Shown: piece after piece, positions 38,121 to 48,301 of the stretch
Layout of the letters: each line of letters begins with the position of its first letter
Numbering within the stretch: position 1 is the first letter of the stretch
Assembly (NCBI GenBank): GCA_019057385.1
Contig: JAHQJS010000007.1
Span: forward strand, 416,001 to 480,000
Direction of reading: 5' to 3'
Source: Candidatus Borrarchaeum weybense
Lineage (GTDB): Archaea; Asgardarchaeota; Sifarchaeia; Borrarchaeales; Borrarchaeaceae
Length of the DNA: 64,000 bases
The notes under the pieces: model-generated
What the model saw: only the letters and a program-made list of their open reading frames with translations
The model's database searches: none
Told to the model about the DNA's origin: nothing
Position numbers and translations under genes: made by a program

Positions 38121-38501
38121 GGCATGCCCCCAATATTAACTAAAGCGCTGTAATTTCTTTCAGTTTGACTTTTCTCTCTTCTCAAAGACTTTATTTATAT
38201 AATTATGTTTTTTATAGAACTACACCAAATATCTGAGCCAAAAAAAAAGATCTTATCGCATGAAGGGGATTTTCAGAGGGCTTAAGAAACAATTGTACAA
38301 ATTGAACAATCGAAAATAGAACATTGTCTCTTTTCCTAACTACGTCTGCTTTGTTTTTCATGTTGAGTTACTTTAGATAAATAAAAATTAGCCATAATCA
38401 AAAGATAAGATATAATAAATTAAATGGCGCTATAGAAAGAGGGAGATAATTTCATATTAAAATTTAGTATTTTAGGATGAGTATTCGACAATACGGTAGT
38501 A

Positions 38502-40739
38502 GTGAATTCTATGGGGATTCTCAGTAAATTCAAGAGATTTATTCAACAATCTAAGGACAAATCCACCAAAGATTTGTTTAATAATCTATTAACCGTCCTT
38601 TCGAATCCTGAAGATGAGTTTGTCTACGTCAGGACATTATCTTTAGTGGATGAGAGTCACCCTGATCCAATTAAAGATTCAATTGTCGAGAATCTAAAAT
38701 TACACTTGAAAGTTATTAGCGGCGAAGTTGAGCAAGAGGAAATTTTAGATATTCTTTTTCAACTTAGTCAATCATGGGATTTACTTTCATATGACTTGGA
38801 TAATAAAGGAATGCATAAAGAAGCAAAAATAGCAGAAATGTTCAAACATCTCACAGCAAATGTTATTGAAGTTCTAACACTCCAAAAAAATACTCCATTC
38901 CGCTTAGCTCGATGTGCAGAAATTGCAGAAGAATTTTTTGAAAAGGATCTTTTGAAAAGTTTCTGTTATACAACTGGAGTTTCTTTTCTTCAGTTTTCAT
39001 CTCTAGTCAATGATGATATTACCAAAAAGAACTTTTTAGAAGAAGCAACTCACTATCATAAACTTGCTATAAGTCTATCTGAAGATATTGACGAAGCCTA
39101 TGCACTGAACTCTAATAGCCTTGGAATCATTTTTCTTCAATTAAGCGAAATAGAGATGGATAAAACCAAAAAAAGAGAACTTGTACAGGACGCAATTAAT
39201 AGTATGAAAGAAGCGCTAGATGCAGTATTATTACTTTCCGATATAGAAAAAATCGAAGATTTCTCAATTTCAGTCGCCCATGCTTATTCAAAACTTATTG
39301 CCCTCGATGTGAGTCTCAGAATAAAAAAAGACGCTTATCAGGCAATGATTAAGTATTATCACAAAGCTCTTGAAATTGCACAAGAAAAAAACAAAGTAAG
39401 TGATCAAATAGAATATGAATATTCAATAGGATCAATTTTTCTCTATTTAGCAGGTATTGAAAACGATATAAAGAAAAGAACTGGGTATATATCCGAAGCT
39501 GAGTTGTATTTTCAGAGAGTTACCGAAATTGCTCAGAAGAATAAACATCTTGAAGGACTTCAAGATTATCTCAAAGGCCTGGAAGAGTTTGGCTATTCTT
39601 TGTTTTTAGAAATAGTCGAAACTGAGCCTACTATCGAAGGAAAGAAAATTTTACTCGAAAAACTCATTCGAATCCGAGAAAACACGTATCAAGTCAATTC
39701 AGAGTTAAAATCAAGTAACAAAAGAGAATTACTGCAAGAAACTAAGACAATTAGTGAAATGTACGAAAAACTGACTAATATGTACTTAAACCTTAGTGCT
39801 AAGAGTATGACACTAAGAAAGGCAGTAGAATTTCAGTCAAAATCGTTAGAATATGCTCTTGTTTTGAAAGACATAGCTGAGGTTAGAGAGAGAAGCAATA
39901 TTCTTTCAAATCAAATAGAGTGGTTGATAACTGTAGAATCTAATATTTCAGTAATGCAAGACCTTTTAATGAGTGCTATTCAAACATTTAAAAATCTGCT
40001 GAGCATAATTAACACTTTAAATGATAAAACTGTGGAAGAAGTTAGTTATTGTACTTTAGCATTGCTCCAAAGCGTATTTGCTGTAAATGAACCAGATTCT
40101 GAAGAAAAAAACTCTAAATTAACTAGCGCTTTGAACTTTTCCTCTGAAGGATTGAAGAGAGCGATAGAAAACAAAAATGCACAAGGAATTGCTCGCAATT
40201 ATTATGTCATGGGAACGATTTTAACTAACGTATTATCTTACACTGATCAACTACAAAAAGAAAATCTTTACATTAAGGCAAAAAACTGTCTCTATGAGTC
40301 ATTAAAACTATCTTTTTCAATGAATGATGAAAAACAATCGCAAAAATGCTATCAAGTTCTCGGTAGGTTGTCAATGAGTTTCAGCAAAGTGTCTGAGGCT
40401 CAAGATAAAATCGAAATAATGGAAGAAGCTTTAGGCTACTGGGATAAGGCATTAGAAATAGCATTAAAATTGAATGATTTCGTTTCATTGCCTATTTATT
40501 CATTTGCAGCAGGGAAATGCTGGTTCGCTTATACTAAGCTAGAAAACGATCCTAGAATACAAAGCAATTATTGTTCAAATGCCTTACAAAAATTTGATGA
40601 GACGATCAAATATGGTAGAAGGTTAGGAAATACAGATATCATGCTTAAAGCTAGTGAAAATATGCTAGACGTAATGGCTTTTGAAAATAAGGTGTTATTA
40701 GAGACTAAAACTCAGATTCGGACCTTTAAAATAGACTAG
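38502..40739 (+). CDS. All-helical TPR-like repeat protein
   Basis: Recurrent A...Y.KAL.IA and Y..G...L patterns over 745 aa; divergent from the giant gene. Confidence 0.7.
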   Translation: MNSMGILSKFKRFIQQSKDKSTKDLFNNLLTVLSNPEDEFVYVRTLSLVDESHPDPIKDSIVENLKLHLKVISGEVEQEEILDILFQLSQSWDLLSYDLDNKGMHKEAKIAEMFKHLTANVIEVLTLQKNTPFRLARCAEIAEEFFEKDLLKSFCYTTGVSFLQFSSLVNDDITKKNFLEEATHYHKLAISLSEDIDEAYALNSNSLGIIFLQLSEIEMDKTKKRELVQDAINSMKEALDAVLLLSDIEKIEDFSISVAHAYSKLIALDVSLRIKKDAYQAMIKYYHKALEIAQEKNKVSDQIEYEYSIGSIFLYLAGIENDIKKRTGYISEAELYFQRVTEIAQKNKHLEGLQDYLKGLEEFGYSLFLEIVETEPTIEGKKILLEKLIRIRENTYQVNSELKSSNKRELLQETKTISEMYEKLTNMYLNLSAKSMTLRKAVEFQSKSLEYALVLKDIAEVRERSNILSNQIEWLITVESNISVMQDLLMSAIQTFKNLLSIINTLNDKTVEEVSYCTLALLQSVFAVNEPDSEEKNSKLTSALNFSSEGLKRAIENKNAQGIARNYYVMGTILTNVLSYTDQLQKENLYIKAKNCLYESLKLSFSMNDEKQSQKCYQVLGRLSMSFSKVSEAQDKIEIMEEALGYWDKALEIALKLNDFVSLPIYSFAAGKCWFAYTKLENDPRIQSNYCSNALQKFDETIKYGRRLGNTDIMLKASENMLDVMAFENKVLLETKTQIRTFKID

Positions 40740-40843
40740 TGGACTAGTCCTCTTAATTTAAGTGTTTTTTGTTCTGTATCATAAAAAAAGAGAGGTTTTG
40801 AAATATTTCTCTAGATTGTTCAAGTACCTACTAAAAGCCTATT

Positions 40844-41041
40844 TCATGTGTAAAGATGTTCAGGGGGTTTATTTACTCCAAATATTCTGATAAATTCTTT
40901 ATGCACGTAGAGTGGCTTAAATTCATACATTATCAGATTCCAATCGATCATTTCTCTAATGAAATATTTCATTTCGAGTTTAAATGAAATATCATCATCC
41001 TCAAACCATTTAATATATGGCGCTGGAGGCAAAGATATCAC
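40844..41041 (-). CDS. Small hypothetical protein
   Basis: GTG start preceded by AAGGTGA; fills the gap downstream of 41109..42455. Confidence 0.45.
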   Translation of the reverse strand: MISLPPAPYIKWFEDDDISFKLEMKYFIREMIDWNLIMYEFKPLYVHKEFIRIFGVNKPPEHLYT

Positions 41042-41108
41042 TTTTCATCACCTTCATTGTTTATATTGCTTGAAATCGATATAAGTTGATACAAGTTTGA
41101 TTGCGAAA

Positions 41109-42455
41109 TTATCTAATCATCAATTTTTCGAATTCTTCCATTTTATCTAACAAAGTAATCCGAAGTTCTTGTAGCATCGTTCTATACTCTCTAAGAGTAG
41201 AAACTAAATTCGCTTGGATATTTACAAGTGAAACTTGTTCTTCCTTTAGTGTTCTGAGTTTATCACCTAAATCTTTGGAAGAGTTCTCCAACATCTTCTT
41301 AACACCAACTAATGTACTTGAGTCTAATGAAGTACTTTGTGTTGGTAAAGCTGAAATAATCGTCTTTTTTGTATTGTCTATATCTAAAGATATTGCTTCT
41401 AGATTTTTTGTTAACCTATCAACATATGCAATTTTTAAGCTATCAATCGTTGAATGTAATGTTTTGAGACTTTCTTCGGAATCGCTACTTACTGTACTAA
41501 AGCTTTTTATTAATTGATCCAATGAATCATTTACTCGGCCTTCTAGAACCTCAAATCGACTTGAAAGTTCATCTCTTAATGTTTCAAATTTCCAGTGGAT
41601 CGTGTCATAAATCTCAGAGATCTTTTTACCTGATTCTAATTGATTTTCCTGGGCTTTATTAAAATCAGCTACTAATTCACTTAAGATAGTGTATGTTTTT
41701 TCGAATTCATCTAATTGACTTGAAAATTCTGCCGTATATGTGTCTCTCATATTTTGAATGTTTTGATTCGCTGACTTCAAGTTCTCAATAATTTTATCTC
41801 TTGATTCAGTAGATTCAATTATCATCTGTCTTAAATTCTCAAGAACAGTATCTTCTGTTGCTTTAAAGCGATTTAACATGCTGGTATCTAAATTTGACAC
41901 TTCTTTGGAAATCCTTTGGTCAAGTGCTACTAAATTTGCAGTTAGTTCTGTTTTGTCTATACCATATCCTTTAGTATGTTCTTCAAAGACTGTAGAAAGG
42001 TTTTCAGTCATAGAAATCATTTTTTCTAGTTGAGTGCCGGTGTTATTCCTAACATCATCAAGTTTAGCAACTAAATCTATCTTCAGCTTGTCAATCCCTT
42101 GAGAAGTCTCTTTCTTGATAAGCGAAATTTGGTTTTGAGTATCCTCATTATGAGAGCTCAATTCAGTAAATTGGGATTTCAATAATTCAACTGTTTGGCC
42201 AATCTTTTTTTCTAATTGATCAGTCTGACTTAGTATATCTTTACGAAGTCTGCCAGTTTTTACGGCGCGACTCTTATTATATTTCTCCATCGTTTTCATT
42301 ATTTCATTTAACGTCTTATTTATTTTATCAAGAGTTGTTCCGTTCTTACTAACATCTTTTTCTACCTTTTCTATCCGTTTAATGATATCAACCATTTTAC
42401 TTTCGATTAGGTCATCTTCGCCTTGTTTTTCTTTCGACGACAAGTATCTCACCAA
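41109..42455 (-). CDS. Long coiled-coil/helical protein
   Basis: Heptad-rich, E/K/L/S-rich, almost proline-free; no enzyme motif seen. Confidence 0.7.
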   Translation of the reverse strand: MVRYLSSKEKQGEDDLIESKMVDIIKRIEKVEKDVSKNGTTLDKINKTLNEIMKTMEKYNKSRAVKTGRLRKDILSQTDQLEKKIGQTVELLKSQFTELSSHNEDTQNQISLIKKETSQGIDKLKIDLVAKLDDVRNNTGTQLEKMISMTENLSTVFEEHTKGYGIDKTELTANLVALDQRISKEVSNLDTSMLNRFKATEDTVLENLRQMIIESTESRDKIIENLKSANQNIQNMRDTYTAEFSSQLDEFEKTYTILSELVADFNKAQENQLESGKKISEIYDTIHWKFETLRDELSSRFEVLEGRVNDSLDQLIKSFSTVSSDSEESLKTLHSTIDSLKIAYVDRLTKNLEAISLDIDNTKKTIISALPTQSTSLDSSTLVGVKKMLENSSKDLGDKLRTLKEEQVSLVNIQANLVSTLREYRTMLQELRITLLDKMEEFEKLMIR

Positions 42456-42655
42456 TTCAAATTAAACTTAACTTTGAGTATTTTACTATAATTTTTTGTA
42501 TTCTATTTTGGATTTTTTGATAGAACAGAAATTCACATAACTATTTACTTGCTAAGATCTATTTCTACTGAGTCTAACCTTTAAAAACTAAATAGACAGA
42601 TCAATATAATATCCAATTCGTTAACTTGATGTAGAAATTTTTGTAGTTCCTATTT

Positions 42656-44125
42656 GTGATTATAATGAAACACAGTCGTATAATTTACAGGATATCTTGC
42701 CTATTTATTATCATTGGATTGATGCTATGTTCATGCACAGTCCATGCTGTGTTCTCAATAGATGGTTCGCAATCCAATTCTACATCGATAATTTCAAATG
42801 ACGTAAGCGATCACCCTAAAAGCTCCACAACTGTGTCATCAATTAAATTCTGTTCTTATGTTAAGGGAACTGGTAGTTATACAGAGGTTGACGATGCTAT
42901 CTTTACACCAAATGGTCGGTTGTTTATTTACTTTGAAATCTATGATGCTTTTCGACATCAAATTACAACTACTATTACTGTAACAGCCCCAGATGGTTCA
43001 ATCTATCTTGAGGAAACAGAAAAAGAAAGTCCACTTTTTTATACTTATGCAAAGTGGTGGGAAAAAGAAATTGATAGCTTTGACTTTAATGGGGAATATC
43101 GAGTACAAATTCAAGTTACTGACAGAACTAAAAACCAAAACTTCATTGAAACAGGATCCTTTTTTGTTCGTGATGCTGCACCTTTAATTGCAATAACTAT
43201 GGAAGATCTTCCTGTGCAAATGGGCATAGGTACTTATCAGAGAATAAAAGTTAATCTCTATAACTTGGATCCGAGCTTCGTTGGAACGTCTACTATAACT
43301 GTTCGTCTGTCAGGTTCTGCTTTTGGTTTTCCTGATGGCAATGCAAGAGCCATCACATTGGGACCCAATGAGCGCCGTGATATTTATTTCACTGTTATTC
43401 CAAATAGTTTTGGAATAAAAACCCTTCGTGTTGAAATTCTGTTTAAAGAAAATGTGATTTCATATGAGGATTACTCCATTTCAGTTACCGTTGGGTACAT
43501 ATATGCAATTCCAATTGCAGCTATTATTGGAATCATTTTAATCTTCTTCTTTAAAAGATCGAAGCCACAGATTCAAATTACTGAGATGAAAAGTAGTGTT
43601 ATCTCGTCTATAGACGAATCTGATGAACAAGATGTCATAAAAGATGACATTCTACCGAGAGATATTTCTAAAGAAATTACAGAACCTTCACCTACTGAAA
43701 CGATATTACTTAACAGAGAAATGCTCTCAAAGTCTCCTATAGATCATCAATATGAAGATTCTAATACAAAAAAATATTTTGAGTTAGATACAACAGCAAA
43801 GGACACACATAAGAAACTTGTTAAATCATTAATTAAGCATAAGAAGGAAGCAGAAGGTATCAAGCTCCCTAAAATAGAAAAAGAAATTCTGAAGAAAGAA
43901 ATTCTATGTGCAAATTGTGGTAATTTAATGCCTGAAGGTACGTCAATCTGTCCCGCATGCCAGTCGGATCAGATTTCATGCCCTATTTGCTTAAGACCTA
44001 TTATTTTTGGTGAGACGATAATCAAATGTTCTTATTGTGGAGTTTTTTCTCACGAAGATCATTACATTCAATGGGTAGCTACAAAAGGATATTGCCCTAA
44101 ATGTAAAACAAAAATAAGGGGTTAA
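42656..44125 (+). CDS. Type I membrane protein with two Ig-like domains, TM, linker, Zn ribbon and C-terminal RING-like finger
   Basis: Signal peptide; TM YIYAIPIAAIIGIILIFFF; CANC..CPAC, then CPIC-x12-CSYC-x4-H-x2-H-x3-W-x6-CPKC. Confidence 0.82.
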   Translation: MIIMKHSRIIYRISCLFIIIGLMLCSCTVHAVFSIDGSQSNSTSIISNDVSDHPKSSTTVSSIKFCSYVKGTGSYTEVDDAIFTPNGRLFIYFEIYDAFRHQITTTITVTAPDGSIYLEETEKESPLFYTYAKWWEKEIDSFDFNGEYRVQIQVTDRTKNQNFIETGSFFVRDAAPLIAITMEDLPVQMGIGTYQRIKVNLYNLDPSFVGTSTITVRLSGSAFGFPDGNARAITLGPNERRDIYFTVIPNSFGIKTLRVEILFKENVISYEDYSISVTVGYIYAIPIAAIIGIILIFFFKRSKPQIQITEMKSSVISSIDESDEQDVIKDDILPRDISKEITEPSPTETILLNREMLSKSPIDHQYEDSNTKKYFELDTTAKDTHKKLVKSLIKHKKEAEGIKLPKIEKEILKKEILCANCGNLMPEGTSICPACQSDQISCPICLRPIIFGETIIKCSYCGVFSHEDHYIQWVATKGYCPKCKTKIRG

Positions 44126-44144
44126 GATAGATTATTTCTTCATT

Positions 44145-47100
44145 CTAGTCGCTTTTAAAGAATGTTAGTTGCAAATGTTTTTCTTCTTTACTCCAAATAA
44201 ATGTTCCATCGATTTCTAGTCTCTGAAGTAGTACTAAGCGAAAAATCAACTTCAGTATGGATTCTCTTGAGAAATTATACTTACTAGTAAGTATTTCAAC
44301 TGTTGATTGTACACCGTTACAATTCAATTCTTTCAAAAGACTTTCAGTAGAGTTTACAACAGTGTTTAAGGCAGTTTTGTTAAGATTCAAACAATCACAA
44401 AGCGCAACAAAAGCTTCTTCAAATTTTTCTGCATCTATTAGAGCTCTTCCTTTTAATAGAGCTTTCTCAATTTCTCCAGAATACTCTTTAGAGATATTAA
44501 ATTTCAGAATGTCAAAATCTTTTAGGATTTCCTGTATACGAGCAGTTGTTTGCTGGGAATTTTTATAGAGATCTTTTAAGAAGAGTAATGCGTGTTCATC
44601 AATTTCTTCTTTACCATCCGCACTTTTTCTTTGATTAATGATCTCTTCATACTGTTCCTTCACAAGAGCATTTTCTAATTCAGAAAACAGTGACTCTTGA
44701 GCTTCTAATTGTGTTTCTAAATCAAGAGTTTGTGACAACGTAGGTGACTTTTCGATAAATCTTTTAATATACTCCACTGATTTTTGTATCGCTTTTATTG
44801 TCTCTTTTGCGTCCTTCTGAATCATAAGTCTTTTCTGTATTTCCTTGTAGCCCTCGACGAATTCTTTTTCGTCTTTTAACATTTCAAATTGTTTTGTCGC
44901 ATTATTATAGTATTTCTCAGCCTTTTGTATTGCGAAAATTGTAGCATAATCGCTCGCTAAATCTAAATTTTTAGAAATTTCATTGATCTGTGATAATATC
45001 TTTTCTTTCAAAGGATCATTAAGTGCAATTTTTGATAAGTATTCATCCTCAATTGCTTGGATTTCTTCAATCTCTTTGATTACTGAATCCATTAAGTTAT
45101 TTCTTTTCTCAGAAATGAGTTTAATTCTGTTTTCTAGATTTGTTAACCTTTTTTCTATTGATTTATAGCGTATGAGTTTCTCAATGACTGGTGAATAGTT
45201 TATTTGTTCAATATGTGTCTGTAAACTTAACAATTTATCTTGAAACAAATTCAACAACTGGCCTGGCAAATCTTTTTTTATTCTTTCAATTTCTTCAAGA
45301 AGCATAGTCTTTTTCGCTTCAGGTTGAACATCATGGTAATAAGGTCTCGGGATCTGTTCATCTCTAATTATTACTCCTTTTCCTTCCATGAGTTGAAGCA
45401 AATATGCTACGTTTGTAGAACGTGAAGGGACACAAAAGAAATTACGACTGAGTTCAGAGATGCCTAGCGCTCCTTCGCTTTCAGCTAATAGATTATAAAG
45501 CTTGTCTTCCCACACTGTGCTTGTTTTAAATCGAAACTTTTCATTAATGTTCTCCAAGAGACCCATTTGAACAAGGTTTTCAATCCATTGTTTGCATGCC
45601 TTCTTATCAACCGTTATTTTTTTGGCATCTTCTAATTCAAACAAATCAGTCAGAAAGTTATTTGCTAGTTTGCCAATTTCTTGGCCCATTTTTTTTCCAA
45701 TCCATAAGTTTGGAAGGATTAGACCAATCTTTTTCAAATCTTCAATCATTCTTGCAGAAGACATGGCAATTTTAAGACGATCCTCTAATTCTTGTACGAC
45801 TTCTTTCTTTACATCTGCTGTTAAGCCTTTACTATTAAGTTTCATTATATGATGAAATGTTTGATCATCTAGTTCTCTTACTAATAGCAAACGACTAATC
45901 GGAACTTCTCGATATGTTTTTCTGTATTGATCTGAAATAACCGGCCCTCTAGAAAGAATAAATGTGAAGTCTGATTTCCTTTCCGTCATAGCGTCAAGTA
46001 TTTTAAGTTTATTAAATTTTAAAGAAAGCATCGTTGATTTTATGCTTTCCTTTGAAAGATTAACACAAATCAATACCTTTGAGCTAATACTTGGATTCTC
46101 TTTTGTACTAAATTCGAGAGAGAACACTGCTTTGCTATCATCAAGAGTAGAAACTTTGCCAAAATTAACTGATCCAAATATAGTCTGGAAATAATTCTTA
46201 AAACTTGATATTGCAGCTTCAATAGATACTTCTGGTTCAAGTATGACTGAAGATTCATCCTTCTGGAGCTCTACAGTAGTTAATATTGGTTGTTTCTTTC
46301 TTTTTGATACTTCTTCAAATTTTATCCCACTTCGTATGAATTGACGTTTCACTACTCCTTCTGTTATCTCCTGAATCTTCTCTAAAGCGGCTTTGTAAAT
46401 TAGAATTTGACAAGCTTTGAGTACTCGTCTTGAGTTGCCTTTCAAACTCTCATGAATGAAATGAATTGCATCATCTGAAAATGGATAACATCCTTCAATT
46501 TCTGCAGTTCGTGTGCTTGATAAATAGGAAAGAATCAATTGTTGAGTATCATCTGCAGAAATAAGAGGCGGGACTTCTATATGATATAAGAACCGCTCAG
46601 GCAACGCTTTTTGAAATCTAGATACTGCATATTGCCAGGCTTGAGGAGAAACTGACAAAGTAATCATAAACGGAATGTGGTGAATTTCAGTTCCTTTGTG
46701 ATAGATGCGCCCTATATTATCCAAGAACTCACGAAAGTCGTGTAATCGTGCCTCACGCTTCTCTAACCCTATAACAAGCAGTTCTTGTTCAACTTCATCA
46801 AATGCTAAATGAATGAAGTTATATTTTAGACGCTCGACTAGATTCTTACCAACTAAATTCAGAATCATTGTTTTTCTAAGAAGTTCGTTATTAATATTAG
46901 AAATAAAGCCTGATTTTGTTACTTCTTTGATTATTTTTTCAGTGATTTCTTTATCCGAGGGGTCTACAATATTTGGTAAGTTTTCTAAAATTTGAGTTAG
47001 CTGATCTTTGAAAGATCCTTTAAATACATGCCGTAGTCCAAGTCCTTTGATTTCAGCAGGAAAACCCTCAGCATCGTAGTTTAAATTGCCTTCTCGTAAT

Positions 47101-47321
47101 TCTTGATTAAATTTCATTAGTAATGTTGTCTTACCAACACCAAAATCTCCATGAAGTGCTAAGGCTCCTGGTTTTCCATGTAAAGAAACATTTATTGCAA
47201 GATCCTTTAAAGCAGACATTGCCCCTTTTTGGGCTGTCGTCAAAGTAAAAATATTTGATAATCCACTGGGAAGAATAGGAAAAGGATTTTCATTTAGATA
47301 AAATATTTTGTAGGGATTAAT
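44145..47321 (-). CDS. Large AAA+/P-loop ATPase with winged-helix-like and coiled-coil C-terminal regions; probable ATT start
   Basis: Walker A GDFGVGKT, Walker B HLAFDE, ALPERF, lid YPFSDDAI...GNSRRVLKAC. The frame extends 26 codons upstream (INPYKIFYLNENPFPILP) behind GGGGGGT. Confidence 0.78.
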   Translation of the reverse strand: MNPYKIFYLNENPFPILPSGLSNIFTLTTAQKGAMSALKDLAINVSLHGKPGALALHGDFGVGKTTLLMKFNQELREGNLNYDAEGFPAEIKGLGLRHVFKGSFKDQLTQILENLPNIVDPSDKEITEKIIKEVTKSGFISNINNELLRKTMILNLVGKNLVERLKYNFIHLAFDEVEQELLVIGLEKREARLHDFREFLDNIGRIYHKGTEIHHIPFMITLSVSPQAWQYAVSRFQKALPERFLYHIEVPPLISADDTQQLILSYLSSTRTAEIEGCYPFSDDAIHFIHESLKGNSRRVLKACQILIYKAALEKIQEITEGVVKRQFIRSGIKFEEVSKRKKQPILTTVELQKDESSVILEPEVSIEAAISSFKNYFQTIFGSVNFGKVSTLDDSKAVFSLEFSTKENPSISSKVLICVNLSKESIKSTMLSLKFNKLKILDAMTERKSDFTFILSRGPVISDQYRKTYREVPISRLLLVRELDDQTFHHIMKLNSKGLTADVKKEVVQELEDRLKIAMSSARMIEDLKKIGLILPNLWIGKKMGQEIGKLANNFLTDLFELEDAKKITVDKKACKQWIENLVQMGLLENINEKFRFKTSTVWEDKLYNLLAESEGALGISELSRNFFCVPSRSTNVAYLLQLMEGKGVIIRDEQIPRPYYHDVQPEAKKTMLLEEIERIKKDLPGQLLNLFQDKLLSLQTHIEQINYSPVIEKLIRYKSIEKRLTNLENRIKLISEKRNNLMDSVIKEIEEIQAIEDEYLSKIALNDPLKEKILSQINEISKNLDLASDYATIFAIQKAEKYYNNATKQFEMLKDEKEFVEGYKEIQKRLMIQKDAKETIKAIQKSVEYIKRFIEKSPTLSQTLDLETQLEAQESLFSELENALVKEQYEEIINQRKSADGKEEIDEHALLFLKDLYKNSQQTTARIQEILKDFDILKFNISKEYSGEIEKALLKGRALIDAEKFEEAFVALCDCLNLNKTALNTVVNSTESLLKELNCNGVQSTVEILTSKYNFSRESILKLIFRLVLLQRLEIDGTFIWSKEEKHLQLTFFKSD

Positions 47322-47636
47322 GAATTGACCCCCCGTAATTTTTTAACAATTACCCGTCTTTACGTTTGTCAAGGTATTATCTAAGTATATCGCGTATCAA
47401 TATAATCAATATCCCCATAGTATTATAATCTTACGATTTTCGTAAGGACTTCTAAATACTGAATTTAGAAAATCGCTAATTTTTCTGCACCAAAATAAAA
47501 ATTTCTTATAATCTACTAAAAATCAATCTTGTTTTGATTTTGTATTTTGATCTTACCTTAATTCCAAAGTTGTGTTAGCTTAACTCGGCTTTTTCTTAGA
47601 AATAGCTCAGTTTTTTGATTTAATTCTTCGTGAAAT

Positions 47637-48218
47637 TTATCTATCAATCATCAGCGAGTCTCTCACTTTACTTTCCCTAATTTTAGCTTTATTCTTTTGT
47701 GCTTGTTCTACTAGCATATTATTTAGTGTTCTAAAAATAAATTCTACATTTTCCCCTGTTTTTGCTGATGCTTCGAAAAATGGACAGTCTATTTCCTTTG
47801 CTATCTTTTCTCCTTCTTTCGAAGAAATTATCCTTGCTTCCTCTAAATCCGATTTATTTCCAACCAGTATGATAGGTATCCCTGCGCTGTGCTTTTTCAC
47901 TTCTTGATACCATTTTTTGACATTCTTGAATGATCCCTCATTTGTAATATCATAGACTATTAACGCACCTCGAGCTCCTTGAAAATAATGAGAACGTATA
48001 TTTGTAAAACGTTCTTGTCCCCCAGTATCCCAAATAAATAACCTCGTCTGGATATCTTCAATAGTGTACCTCTTGATCCTAAAATCAACTCCGATTGTAA
48101 CTTTATAATTTTCAACAAAGACTTTTGTAGTACATCTTAAACTAAGTGCAGTTTTTCCAACGCTTCCATCGCCTACAATGATTACTTTGAAAATATAGCT
48201 CATCGGATACTTTTCCAC
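47637..48218 (-). CDS. Rab-like small GTPase
   Basis: GDGSVGKT, TIGVDF, IWDTGGQERF, YFQGA, IVYDIT, NKSD, SAK; no C-terminal Cys. Confidence 0.92.
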   Translation of the reverse strand: MEKYPMSYIFKVIIVGDGSVGKTALSLRCTTKVFVENYKVTIGVDFRIKRYTIEDIQTRLFIWDTGGQERFTNIRSHYFQGARGALIVYDITNEGSFKNVKKWYQEVKKHSAGIPIILVGNKSDLEEARIISSKEGEKIAKEIDCPFFEASAKTGENVEFIFRTLNNMLVEQAQKNKAKIRESKVRDSLMIDR

Positions 48219-48301
48219 CAGTAACTTGTGTCTCTTGCCCCTCTTTTGTTAATTTGTTTCAAAAGAATTTTTGTATTTATGAATTATCCTGTTAATTTCA
48301 C

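Noticed and set aside
20622-48218. Calling the block a true GATOR/Rag orthologous system
   Set aside because: Neither GTPase has the C-terminal roadblock domain of Rags and there are no WD40 propellers; the resemblance is at domain level only.
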